From Nemertoderma westbladi (taxonomy: Eukaryota > Animalia > Xenacoelomorpha): a stretch of 64,000 nucleotides of DNA. Shown in pieces: positions 26,091 through 36,947 of this stretch (the stretch's first letter is position 1; each line of letters opens with the position of its first letter). The stretch covers positions 1 to 64,000 of the forward strand of contig JAUCBJ010001594.1 of NCBI GenBank assembly GCA_032718475.1, given 5' to 3'. The position numbers and the translations under genes are program-made. The notes under the pieces were generated by a model, which saw nothing but the letters and a program-made list of their open reading frames with translations, was not told the DNA's origin and did no database searches.

Positions 26091-27005
26091 ATGTCTAATA
26101 AACTACCCATCGCATACTCAAGCTTCCACCACAAACCATCCTTGCTAGCCATAGTTCGAGCTGAACTGCTGCGCATTCGCCGACTAACGGATTCAACAAA
26201 TCATTTCAAACAACAAAGGCATTTATATCTCGAAAAGTGTAAACTCAGAGGATACCCCTTGAACTTCCTTTTAAGTTTGTATGCGTGGGACCCACCCCAA
26301 TGTTCAACATTCACTGCCGCCGAACACGATCAGGACTTTCCGCATTCACCAAGCCATACCAATCAACAAAACAACATAAAACCTCCTACCCAACGTTTCT
26401 ATCTGTCAACGACACCACAATTTATCCCTACCCTCAGCAAAGTTGTGCGTCGGCATAACAGACGAGTTCAGCACCTTGGTGTAACATTACAAACTGTCCC
26501 ACGAAATGCACCTACTTTGGGAAAACTTCTAATACGTAAACAGGAACCACAAACAGCTCCAGGTAACCATCCATGTTTGCAACCCCGCTGCCTCACCTGC
26601 TTGGCAATTACGGATATGAAAGAGACACCATGGGGCGAGCCAATCATCGGGAGGTTTGATTGTAAATCCAGCAACATTCTCTATACCATTAAATGTAAAA
26701 CTCACCCCTATCAATACTACCTCGGTCAAACTGAACAACGTCTGCACAAGAGGCTCAATAAACATCGGGAGAACATCAACAGCTACAGGAAAGCTCTGGA
26801 TAAGGCAATAAAGAACAACAAGCCGATATGTACTGTGACAACAACTGACCCGGAGGTGCTATTGCTTCAACATTTCAGTAGCTGTAATAATTACGAAGTA
26901 ACATGCGTCCAGCAATTTCGTAACCACCAGCGTCGTATTCATACTGAAGCATTACTCATTAATTGCCACCGCCCACCCCTCAATAAACTGGTACCACTTC
27001 TATAG
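26091..27005 (+). CDS. Penelope-like RT C-terminus and GIY-YIG endonuclease (partial ORF)
   Basis: In-frame upstream TTKIYRKP; SSFHH..AELLRIRR, LRGYP, CxxPRCxxC linker, NILYTIKC..YYLGQTEQRLHKRLNKH and terminal EALLI..PLN. Confidence 0.88.
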   Translation: MSNKLPIAYSSFHHKPSLLAIVRAELLRIRRLTDSTNHFKQQRHLYLEKCKLRGYPLNFLLSLYAWDPPQCSTFTAAEHDQDFPHSPSHTNQQNNIKPPTQRFYLSTTPQFIPTLSKVVRRHNRRVQHLGVTLQTVPRNAPTLGKLLIRKQEPQTAPGNHPCLQPRCLTCLAITDMKETPWGEPIIGRFDCKSSNILYTIKCKTHPYQYYLGQTEQRLHKRLNKHRENINSYRKALDKAIKNNKPICTVTTTDPEVLLLQHFSSCNNYEVTCVQQFRNHQRRIHTEALLINCHRPPLNKLVPLL

Positions 27006-27755
27006 AATGAAACTTCGACCCGATGGCTCGCCCCCACCTAACATTTGGATGTAACAAACTCACACCACCTCTAATAATTAATTAACTGTGCAGTACGCTC
27101 TACTTGCTGTAATATACATTGTGTCAGCCAGCTGTAATGTACGTACTATAGCCGAACATATTAGTATTCAATAGGAAATACCAAAACAAAAACTTTTTTT
27201 TAAAAATTGTAATACGTAATCTTGTAGGGATTCCCTTTATTTAGTAACAGTAATATGTGTCCTTTTATCCCCCTCTATTTTATGGCTTAGGTATTCTTTC
27301 CCTTCTTTTAAATATATTTTTAAATTATTTTTTATTTCAGAACCAACATTTTTTTTTTTTTTAGAATTTTTTTACCCTTTTACCAGCCTCACTTTTATTT
27401 GTAAATTTGTAACTCAACGACTTAATATTGGAACCAACAATTTTTAACAATTTTTAATCATTTAATGGTTTTAACGTTACCCACCCTTTTTACACCTCTT
27501 CATTTAGCACCCTTTTTTATTTTATTTTTAATTTTTAAATTTAATATTGAACGTCTAATACCTTAACAACACTTGTAGCCTACAATTATATCTCTAGGCC
27601 TACATACAGTATTATGATAAATCTAAATATGTTAATCTAATACATCCTATCATACTGTGTATATCGGAATTTGGTGGCATAATAATTGGTTGTACCGTAC
27701 GTTAAATTTAATATTATGGTTTAGGTTTATAAATTGTGTTTTAATGTTGTTTTAA

Positions 27756-27803
27756 TTTATTTACTGAAGACGTCCGTGAGGATGAAATGGCCATATAAAT
27801 AGA
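27756..27803 (+). ncRNA. Minimal type-I hammerhead ribozyme of the Penelope pLTR
   Basis: Stem I TTTATTTA/TAAATAGA; core CTGAAGA (27764-27770); stem II GTCC-gtga-GGAT; GAAA (27784-27787); palindromic stem III ATGGCCAT; predicted cleavage after AUA at 27795. Confidence 0.85.
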
Positions 27804-28262
27804 AACTGTTTTCGTTAACCGTGGCATTAGACCCTTTCTACAGTCATTATCCCTGAAGTTATAATTATGGATACGCCACGAACGGCATCATTTCGACTTC
27901 TTTCCCATTTAAATATAAATCTCTGGATGGCACATTCACAAGAATGCTACGCCGGGTTCATTGTGTCAAGTACAATGCACACATCTCCAACCAGACACTA
28001 TCTCCAACCAGACAACCGCCCCCCAGTTCTGAGTTTTTAGGAACTTATCGCCCTCGAGTCTTTTCGCCACCGAGTCTTTACCGCCGCTGGTCCTTTATGG
28101 CCCCTGTCATTATATACAGGATACTTTCCCCCAACTTTCTCATACTTCCTCTTGTAGAGGGGTAGGCCTACAGACAGGTATAATACGAATGGAAGTAATT
28201 GGCGAATGTGAAATTATGGCTACATATAAATAAATTATATCAGTTATTTGTTTATTGGTTTA

Positions 28263-28441
28263 GGCCGCGTTCACACTACCGAGTCAAAGTCAAAATAAAA
28301 TAAATATAGCTAGCTAGCAATAATAAATAATAATACATAGGCCTAATATAATACATAAGGGCATTCTAGAAAAAATTAAATTTCTTGTGATGTGTTTTAC
28401 ATGTTGTCTTTTGACTTTGACTCGGTAGTATTAATGCGGTC
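28263..28441. mobile_element. PIF/Harbinger (Tourist-like) MITE
   Basis: ~33-bp TIR GGCCGCGTTCACACTACCGAGTCAAAGTCAAAA with an imperfect inverse at the right end; TTA TSD on both sides. Confidence 0.8.
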
Positions 28442-28556
28442 TTAGACAGAATTGCTAAATTTACGAAATACCTCCAGTTTTACATTTCAGTATAAATAAG
28501 TTTATTGTTATTTGTCAGTGAACGAATTCATATTGATTATCTCTATATCCATTACT

Positions 28557-29720
28557 TTAATCTGAACTGCTTTGAGTGTTTTCGTCAACGTCAAATACTC
28601 GTTCTGGTAAATAAAAATCATCGGAATCTGTTGGCTCTGCATCACAAACACGACGAAATGGTGGTTTCATATCCGTGAAAACTTGTAGATTTTCTAGTAG
28701 ATTTATCATCCCAAAACACCCTCTCTTGGTCCCAGCTAGAGTGTCGAGTATTTTTTCAATGTGGCTCTGAAATAATTTACACACTGCTTGGCATCTATCA
28801 GTAGTGTTTGGCAAACATCTACTACTCTCAACATGATCCCTGAAACATCCAACCACCACATTGCCAACCATGTAACGAAGTTCACTATTGTACGCCGCGA
28901 TGTTAAGCGGCAGGACACTGAAGTCTACTAAATTGTCGATAAACTTCTCTAATAAATCAGGATTGAGCGTAAATTTGTAAGACATCTGATATAAGTCGCT
29001 GTGACCGAATCCGAATGTTTCAACCCAGTTCACTGCAGCCCTAAGTAGGTTGGGAACGTGACTTCCATCATCAGCTGTGTACAATTTATCCAGATCAAAC
29101 ATAAATTTCCTTGCACATAATTTAATTCGACTTGCGTCTTCTCTCGCTTCACTCTCGCTAACACTTCCCGTTGGCGAATATAAATGGGTTTTCTTTGTTT
29201 TAAAGAATTTCCACTCGATTATTCCATGATCCCCAAAAGCTACAACCATTGAGTCTACCTCACTCTCGTTCATAAAATAAAACACAACTTCTACTTCGTA
29301 TGGAAGAGGTTCTTTAACGAAGACTTTAAGCTTCTGTGTTGACATTCGTTGATAACCTATGCCCGTAAACGAAACTTTTTGAATCACTCTTCCACTACTG
29401 TGACTTAACAATTCTAAAACGAGATATTTCTCGTCTTTCAGTATAACTTTCGACAAGAAATAATCTCGTGTCACCTTATCTGAATCCCCGTTATCTTCTT
29501 GAGTAATTTTAACACTAAGTTGTAATACAATTTTATAAAATATTGTAGAAGAGGCGTCTCCTTGTAGTACCTTATCGATTCTTATATTTTTATGAATTTT
29601 CTGTAGTTCCTCTTTTTCGCTGTCGTTTATCCAACCCGACGCTAGATGGCGTTCGTTAGGGTACGCGTCCACAAACGGATTAAGAAAATCCCTTATAGGT
29701 ATTGAATAAATCGATTCCAT
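28557..29720 (-). CDS. Uncharacterised single-exon protein, 387 aa
   Basis: Long non-repetitive ORF in AT-rich DNA, ATG in AATAATGG context, AATAAA ~50 nt past the stop (plus-strand TTTATT at 28501); no motif recognised. Confidence 0.7.
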   Translation of the reverse strand: MESIYSIPIRDFLNPFVDAYPNERHLASGWINDSEKEELQKIHKNIRIDKVLQGDASSTIFYKIVLQLSVKITQEDNGDSDKVTRDYFLSKVILKDEKYLVLELLSHSSGRVIQKVSFTGIGYQRMSTQKLKVFVKEPLPYEVEVVFYFMNESEVDSMVVAFGDHGIIEWKFFKTKKTHLYSPTGSVSESEAREDASRIKLCARKFMFDLDKLYTADDGSHVPNLLRAAVNWVETFGFGHSDLYQMSYKFTLNPDLLEKFIDNLVDFSVLPLNIAAYNSELRYMVGNVVVGCFRDHVESSRCLPNTTDRCQAVCKLFQSHIEKILDTLAGTKRGCFGMINLLENLQVFTDMKPPFRRVCDAEPTDSDDFYLPERVFDVDENTQSSSD

Positions 29721-29918
29721 TATGATAATTTAATTGTTGCCGTAATTTGATACTCAATAATTATATTATTTTCGGGAGGTACGATTATAGGCCTATAATG
29801 ATTATTATTAGATTATATTAAAAACGATATTAAATAAGATTTTATAAAATTGAAGTTAAAATTGAGAGAAAACCATTTTTACTACTCAACTGTTTTCAAA
29901 AATATACCTTATAAAAAC

Positions 29919-30184
29919 GCCTCCGCTTTGCAGGACATTGCTTTCGCCGTGAGGACCAGCCAGTGCACAATCTTGTACTTTGGCAGCCTCATGTAGTGAA
30001 TAAGCATGGTGGACAGCCCATGACTTTCTTGAGACGCATCTTAAAGGACACTGGCCTTGAAGATGCGGATCATCTAGCAAATGTCATTGGTGATAGGGAG
30101 TTGTGGCGGTACAATTTTGTCGATAAGCCGGCACAGCATTCTTAAAAATGCAGCTGCAATGCAGCATGCCGATCCTAGTAGTAG
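29919..30184 (+). mobile_element. 5'-truncated RTE-like LINE 3' end, copy 1
   Basis: LVLWQP..GGQPMTF..KDTGL..DRELWR C-terminus, (GTA)n tail, TSD TTATAAAAAC (29909-29918 / 30185-30194). Confidence 0.75.
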
Positions 30185-30335
30185 TTATAAAAACACTAAC
30201 TGTGGCTGCAACAATAATATCGTAGGTCGTCCAACCATATTCCAGAGAATCAAAACAGCTAAAAATTCAGTAAACAAAAATGCAAAACTAATGCAAACTT
30301 CTTACTCAGCGGATATTGGAGTTTATTCGAGCGAA

Positions 30336-31330
30336 AAAGGTTTTTTTTACACTATTTTGATATTTTGATTAAGGGAGAGTTCTATAAATTTTCATTTGCT
30401 GCAATTTGGTAAACGGTCGTCATTGAAGTTTCTTCGTTAAAGAAAGATACTAAATTTTATGGTACATAGCTAGTGTTTTAGGTAGGTTTAGCTAGTAATT
30501 TCAACACTGATTCCGACAACCTACTTCACTCTATAAATATTTTGTAGTCTAGAACGAATATTTTTTGTTCTAGAACATTTTTTAGAAAAAAATCTATATT
30601 CTATTTAAAACGTATGGAATCTTTCTAAAACGTGTTTAAAATCAATAAAAAAAAATTTTCAAATTTTTTTTTCAAAATATTTTTTTCACAATATTTTTTT
30701 TTCACAATTTTTTTTATTGGTTTTAAACACGTTTTAGAACGATTCCATGCGTTTTAAATAGAATCCAAATTTTTTTCTAAAAAATGTTCTAGAACAAAAA
30801 AATTTGTTCTAGAACATATTTTTATTTAAAAATGAATAGCTAACATGTTCTGGAACATTTTCTATATAAATAGTAATAAGAACTAGCTACTACAAAATAT
30901 TTATAGAGGGAAGTAGGATGTCGGAACTAGTCTAAGACTAGCCTGTCTACGGAACCAGACTATCTAAAACACAGGTGCATAATCTTGTACTTTGGCAGCC
31001 TCATGGAGTGAATAAGCATGGTGGACAGCCCATGACTTTCTTGAGACGCATCTTAAAGGACACTGGCCTTAAAGATGCGGATGATCTAGCAAATGTCATG
31101 GGTGATAGGGAGTTGTGGCGGTGCAATTTTGTTGACAAGCCGGCACAGCATTCTTAAAAATGCAGCTGCAATGCAGCATGCCGATCCTAGTTGTAGTAGT
31201 ATCTAAAACACTAGTTACCATAAAATTTAGTATCTTGCTTAACGAAGAGACTTAAATTACGTCCTTTGACCAAATTGCAGCAAATGAAAATTTATAGAAC
31301 TCTCCCCATATCAAAATAGTGTAAAAAAAA
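30336..31330. mobile_element. Foldback-like ~1-kb imperfect palindrome, with a LINE fragment inserted in the right arm
   Basis: 30340-30480 is inverse to 31203-31330 and 30511-30660 is inverse to 30710-30927; related TTGTTCTAGAACA motifs also occur at 31690-32320. Confidence 0.7.
30973..31199 (+). mobile_element. 5'-truncated RTE-like LINE 3' end, copy 2
   Basis: Near-identical to 29962-30184; TSD TATCTAAAACAC (30961-30972 / 31200-31211). Confidence 0.78.
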
Positions 31331-33559
31331 GTGGCCTCTGTTTTTAAGTCCAAATCGACAACATGTTAGGCCGTATACATACACCATGACCCGTAATATA
31401 GTGAGTGTCATTTTCTGATGACACGGGCTACTTTTGCCAAATCGCACCCTCCGTGTCGTGGCCATTCTTCACATTAGTCGTAATTTTTTTCATATCATTA
31501 GAAAGCTTGCCCTGCAAGGATTCGAAATATGTAACAATATCTGAAATTCGTTGAGAAACAGCTGAGATATACGCTTTCAAAGATTGCAAGAATTATCGTT
31601 CGCAGGAGGCCATTTATTATATTTAATAAATACACAAAATTCTAGAATGTGATATTTATTTTATAAGTTGGTTGGCAACAGCGGTATTTGTTCTAGAACA
31701 ATTTAAAAAATTTTTTAAAAATTAATGTACTATTTTTATTTTTTAATAATGTTCTAGAACATGTTAGCTATTCAGAGCTAGAAAAAAAAAGTTGCAGAAC
31801 AAATAGTTTTTGTTCTAGAACAGTTAAAAAAATCTAAATTGTTTTTTAATTTTATTTAGAATTTGTTTCATATAATTTTTAATCGTTGCTGGCAAGATGG
31901 GTTTGGGGGGGTTAGCTAGTATTTTTTAAATAGCTAATTAAAATTAAAAAATTCGCTGTATTGAGGTCATTATATTTAGATATTAATGATATACTTAGAA
32001 TACGTATACTGTATAATATTTATTATTTAGCAGACAGCAGGTAATATTTTCTGATCAAATCCAACAGAGCAGAAAATGGATTTTCTTTGTGTAGAAGCTT
32101 CCAACGAAACTCAGCTAGTTGTTGGGCGAAAGTCAAATCTTACAGTAGCTGTAGAAATTCGGATATTCTACAAAATTTAATTTCCTTGACATTAAATGAA
32201 ACATAACTAACAAAAAATAAAATTTATAACCTTTTTGTAAAATTTGTTTTAGAACAAAAAATGTTTGTTCTAGAACATTTTATTATTATTTTTTTAAATG
32301 TATCTCATGTTCTAGAACATTTCATAAAAAGAAATAGCAAAAACTAGCTAGTAATAAAAAATTGAGTGGGGGGGGGGGGGGGGGGGGGGGGGGAGGTGCA
32401 TGGCCTACTTATCCGTGTGATCCTTCCTCGTCACATCGAATATGTAGAAAAGTAGATGTCCCCATCCATATTGGACATGTGTAGGAAACATGTGGCACCA
32501 ACTTCGCCCTCCGTATCCATTCATAGGATACCCATTTCTTTAACTCGTTTCTTGAATGTCGTTCACTGCTTACCCGTCGGGTTCTTCGGCGTCTCTCCTT
32601 GATTTAGATGTAGGTGCATCCATGCTTCCACCACCTTCTATTTATTATTTATTATTATTATTCTCCATTATGTGCTAACCAGAACTTCTTCTGTAACGCT
32701 GCTCCATCGTGTTTGACTATCTTCACCAGTTTAGATAAACTGGACTTTTATGCCAATTAATAGGGTGTCCCTCCTTATCAATGAGTTTGTTTGTTATTAT
32801 TATTACCACTCTATAGGGCATCTATTATAATGTTATGTTTCAATACTACTATACTCGAGCGCACGTAGGCGCAAGCATCCAGTCAAACCGGCATTTATTT
32901 ATTTATTTATTTATTTATGGAAATTATACATTCATTAAAAACTTATGTTTAAAATAATTAAAAGCGTCTGTATACAGTAAAATCATAAATTAAAACACGT
33001 ATTCAAAGTTTATAATTCAGCACGGGATGGGGGAGGGTTTCAACCAATATGAAAGTTTGTATTTATTGGGTGCCAAGGAATTCCTGAATGCGGTCGTGTC
33101 GCACAGCAAACGGAATGTTTCTAGATATGAATTCACCATTATTCTTTGTACACCATGATGGTGGTTGGGACTGGAATCGTGAGTATAGAATATTCTTACA
33201 ATAATTAGAGGTTGTCAATGATTTGAGGTCTGGCAGGGGAAAGGTTAGCATGGGATTGCGATACAGACTACGTATCCCATTGTGTTTCGAGTTATCTCGT
33301 GGTTGTTGTAACATAATACTCAAACCTGATTGCAGCGGAATACTCGGGCATTCTTTCACTTTTAATATGAGTCCAACTATTGACTTGTAAGCTTCACTGG
33401 AAAGGGGAAGTGTCTCTGTTACGTAATGTATCATTACAGACATAGTTGCCCAGACAAAGCAGATTTCGAAGTTGCTTCCTATAGTGAATGTCAAGAGTTT
33501 CTATCTGGCTTGAGTTTAATGAGCCATCAATAAATTTAATTCCAAATAATATTGACGGT

Positions 33560-34200
33560 TCTGCAATTGATTTCCACAGAGTCTAGAAATTCGGTTGAAT
33601 TGGATACAAACATAGTAAGTGTAAATCCTCCTCGCGATAGACATTCTTTCGTTCCTTTCGCTAAATTATTTAGCTGTGATTTCTTGGTCCCAAGGTTTGC
33701 CATCTGGCCTATTAAAGTTTATTGATTCCCTCTTACACTGCGTAGAAACACATGGTGGTGATTTCGCTCCAAATATATGGACTAACATTTTATAAATGTC
33801 TACCGTTGGTTGTTTATTTCCCTCTTTATTTCCCTCGTACCATAGAAATCTCAAGCTATCTGTGTCATCCTCTGTGACATAGACCTGATAAAACATAGCT
33901 TGGACGTCGCATGTAAATGCGTATTTCTCTTCTCGAAAATGCCATAGTATATATAATACTGTGTTATAGATATTGGGTCCTTCCACTAGATAATCGTTCA
34001 GACATTTCCATCTGTCTTTGCTCTCGCATCCTGTACTATTCTATATATATCCTTGTGCGGTTCCCATACAGTATGTAGCGGTAGATAATTTGTCTTTACT
34101 GTATCCTTGATTCCTCTTGGCAATTTTACCGCCCATCCCATCAGGGTATATTTATTTATTGCTTCATGTACTTCTCTATGTTGTTTGTCATTCCCCCTTT
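33560..34200 (-). pseudogene. Degenerate BEL/Pao reverse transcriptase fragment (different family from copies A and B)
   Basis: YLPLHTV..RIVQDA, GPN, CDVQAMFYQV..LRFLW and HIFGAKSPP motifs with frameshifts and stops. Confidence 0.75.
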
Positions 34201-34522
34201 ATTTATGCTTTAAATAATATGAAATAATGCCATAATAATATGTATAAACAAATTTAGAAAGAAGAAACGCTGAGTTTTTACGAAACCCTTTAGCTATTAT
34301 TATTTATTTTTTCAAACTGAAATTATTTGATCAATTATGTATTTAATATTATCTAGCTGTTATAACGAACCTGTTGAACCAATCGACGCCTGTGAATGGG
34401 TTTTTATATTAAAGTGTCCCCATTCAGCCATCGCATTATTGCAATTAATATACAAAAATTGCTAGAATTTATTTAGGTGATTTGTGTGGCTTGGAATTTG
34501 TAATGGATTTCTCGTGCCTCTG

Positions 34523-35678
34523 TGTAAAAGCTTTTGCGGACATAACAAGTCATTTTTACGCAATGCGCAGAATACTCTAAAATAGCCCTAAAATTGTTCA
34601 ACTACGCGTCGGACAGAAATTAGAACCAAGATGACGAAATCTGTCAGCTGATTCTTTGTGTACGTGGAGATCCCTTTGTTTGAGCTTATTCGGCCAATCA
34701 GAGCAATCTCCCCGGTTATGCCAGTAGAGACCTACCTGAGGAAACTAGCGCATGCGCATTAGTTATAGTTTTTTCTGAGAATTAGATTCCTCTCAGAATT
34801 CTGTACTAAGTACGGACGTTTCAGACTTTGGCCCAAGAACATCTGATGGCTGGAGTTATAAGGACGTAAATCTATTAACTCATCTCAATACGACCAAACA
34901 AACTTAACATACGCATTGTCATACGCATCACATCGTAACATCAACTCATATGACTGAACACATACTGACTGTTCACCGCACTGTTTTAATGCTGATTTAT
35001 ATTGTGTTAATTGCTGTTTATATTAATGGATGTTATATTTGGAGAATACCGATAAATAATCGTAAACCCCTCAACTTTCTTGATTACTGAGGTAAGCGGA
35101 GGAAGGGTCTACCGGTAGCAACTGTGACTCAAATTATAGTGGTTTTTGTATGAATTAAATGCTATTTCATAATCCCTACGTGTGTCAGTTGCAATCTTCC
35201 ATATATATGATAAAAATCAGTGAAGGTCGGCAAATTAGTGTGAATTAGTGTAAATTAGTGTGAAGTAGTGTGAAGTAGTGTGAAGGTGCGTGAAAGTTAA
35301 TAAAGCATCTCCTAAAGAATGCGCTATTTACGAGATTCCATAACCATCTAGTTGTGATTAGTGTAAGTCATAACTCTGTTTTATACTTAAAGCGCCACGT
35401 CCCAAAGGAACTGTTAATATTTCCCCGAAAGTAAATATAGTTGTCAGAGATTATATAGTAGCGATCAATCGAATAATACAAAGTAGCCTACACCGCAATA
35501 ACTTCCTCTGGAACCCGAATCCAGTCTCCCACACCATGGGTCATACGCCGCGCACGGACTGGCTTCGGCAGATGTAAATTCAGTACACCAGGTAATTGGT
35601 ACGGGCAAAAGTCGATTCATAATTAAAAAGACATTTAAATTGGCAGGCTAAGCTGCTAAAGGTCTAAAAGCGTGAACA
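34523..35678 (+). repeat. 5' LTR of copy A (TGTAAAAG...GTGAACA, 1156 bp)
   Basis: TG...CA ends; homologous to both LTRs of copy B; CCAAT at ~34694, AATAAA at 35299. Confidence 0.9.
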
Positions 35679-35689
35679 TTAATAGATTT
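35679..35689 (+). promoter_or_regulatory. Candidate self-priming PBS of copy A (TTAATAGATTT)
   Basis: Exact reverse complement of AAATCTATTAA at 34868-34878 inside the LTR; no TGG tRNA-type PBS. Confidence 0.7.
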
Positions 35690-36947
35690 CGACTCTTTAT
35701 TGCTTAGTAGGCAATAAAATCAAACGTACTGTTTCGGACGGTAGACTGTAGGCCTATTAACCCGAACCAGTACTTACCCAGTATTATTTGATTGTGAAAT
35801 ATTGTATATTGTAGGCTGTTAGGGGATTAGGGATTGATCACCCCTTACTCCTTTGTATGGTTTACTTATTCCTGTCAGTTTTATTTAGCGGTAAGTGTAA
35901 TATTGAGCAGAAGGCGTGTAAGCCTGCTCAGATTGTATAAATAATTTGTAGGCCGGATTGTTGTCTAACTGTTGTTAGGTCTGAGGCGATTGCAGTGTAT
36001 GTATAGTGTCTTTCCGATAAAGTGCTAGTTAGGAAGGTGGAGGCATCCAGTGCTGTAAGTTAAATCCCCCACGAAAGAATAAGTCGCACACGTAGTTAGA
36101 ACGCTTACAAACTAACCATTTCGGAGATTGCATATACTGTGGTTTATTTAGGCTTGACAGTAGTCTGCCAGCATTTGGTCTGTGTTTTATTTGAATAGTC
36201 TGTACGGGTAGCGTAATATTTATTATTCAGAGTTTATGCAAGTATTTGCAACCTTCATCTCCCCAAGTTTATCCCTTACAGTAATTATGCTTGTTATGCA
36301 TACCGTTATAGTTAAATTAACCCCGGTACTACTTCAGGACTGCTTGGCGTAGGACAGACTGGTAATTTTGTGCTCCAGTCACTCCAGCAGATACCGTGGT
36401 TCTTTTGGCTGTTCACTTATATTTAATTGCTAGTTATATGTTGTATAAGTGCTTGTACCTAATTTAGGGTTTAGAGTAAAGCGCTTTCCTGAAAGTAATT
36501 TAGTGTGTAGGCAGTATATTTGTGTTGTAATGTGGTTAATAGGTCCGTTAGCTCTGGTTGGCTTCGATAATTAACCTCTAGGTATACGACACTCCGGGTA
36601 CATAACGTAGTGCTTATAGTGTAAGACTATAAGCCGTCAGACGGTGGCATTTCCTTATCTGGACAACGCAACGTACTTAATACTACTTTATTGGTTTCAA
36701 ATACCTTAATTTCCTGTCAGTTTGTAAGAACCAGAAATTCTAACTCCTTGTTAGTCTGGTTCGTAAAGTTCTTGTTAAATTACCCTAAAAAAATCTACGT
36801 GTAACTTGTTTATTGTATATTTAGAGATTGTGTAATCTCAACCCGATACGTAAGTAATTTGTAGTGATAAGTAACTTAGTTAAGTAGAATTATCAGTATT
36901 AGTGTCTAACAAGTAGCACACCACTGAGAGCATTCAGCCTCTGTGTA

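Larger units (their letters stand above)
25935..27900 (+). mobile_element. 5'-truncated Penelope-like element (RT thumb + GIY-YIG endonuclease, AT-rich 3' region, pLTR)
   Basis: Coding remnant plus a hammerhead in the 3' part; boundaries approximate. Confidence 0.8.

Noticed and set aside
32367-32393. Long poly-G runs (also ~58123, ~60846, ~62338)
   Set aside because: Homopolymer lengths are unreliable, and the other three runs lie inside transposons
32400-33494. Possible decayed Penelope remnant (NGYP, EAW) and 143-aa ORF 33063-33494
   Set aside because: Motifs too short and degenerate to support a call
34857-34862. TTATAA in the LTR as the TATA box for the proposed TSS at 34868
   Set aside because: Only ~10 nt upstream rather than 25-30, so it is not counted as support; if it is a true TATA box the TSS would lie downstream of the 11-mer and weaken the self-priming model
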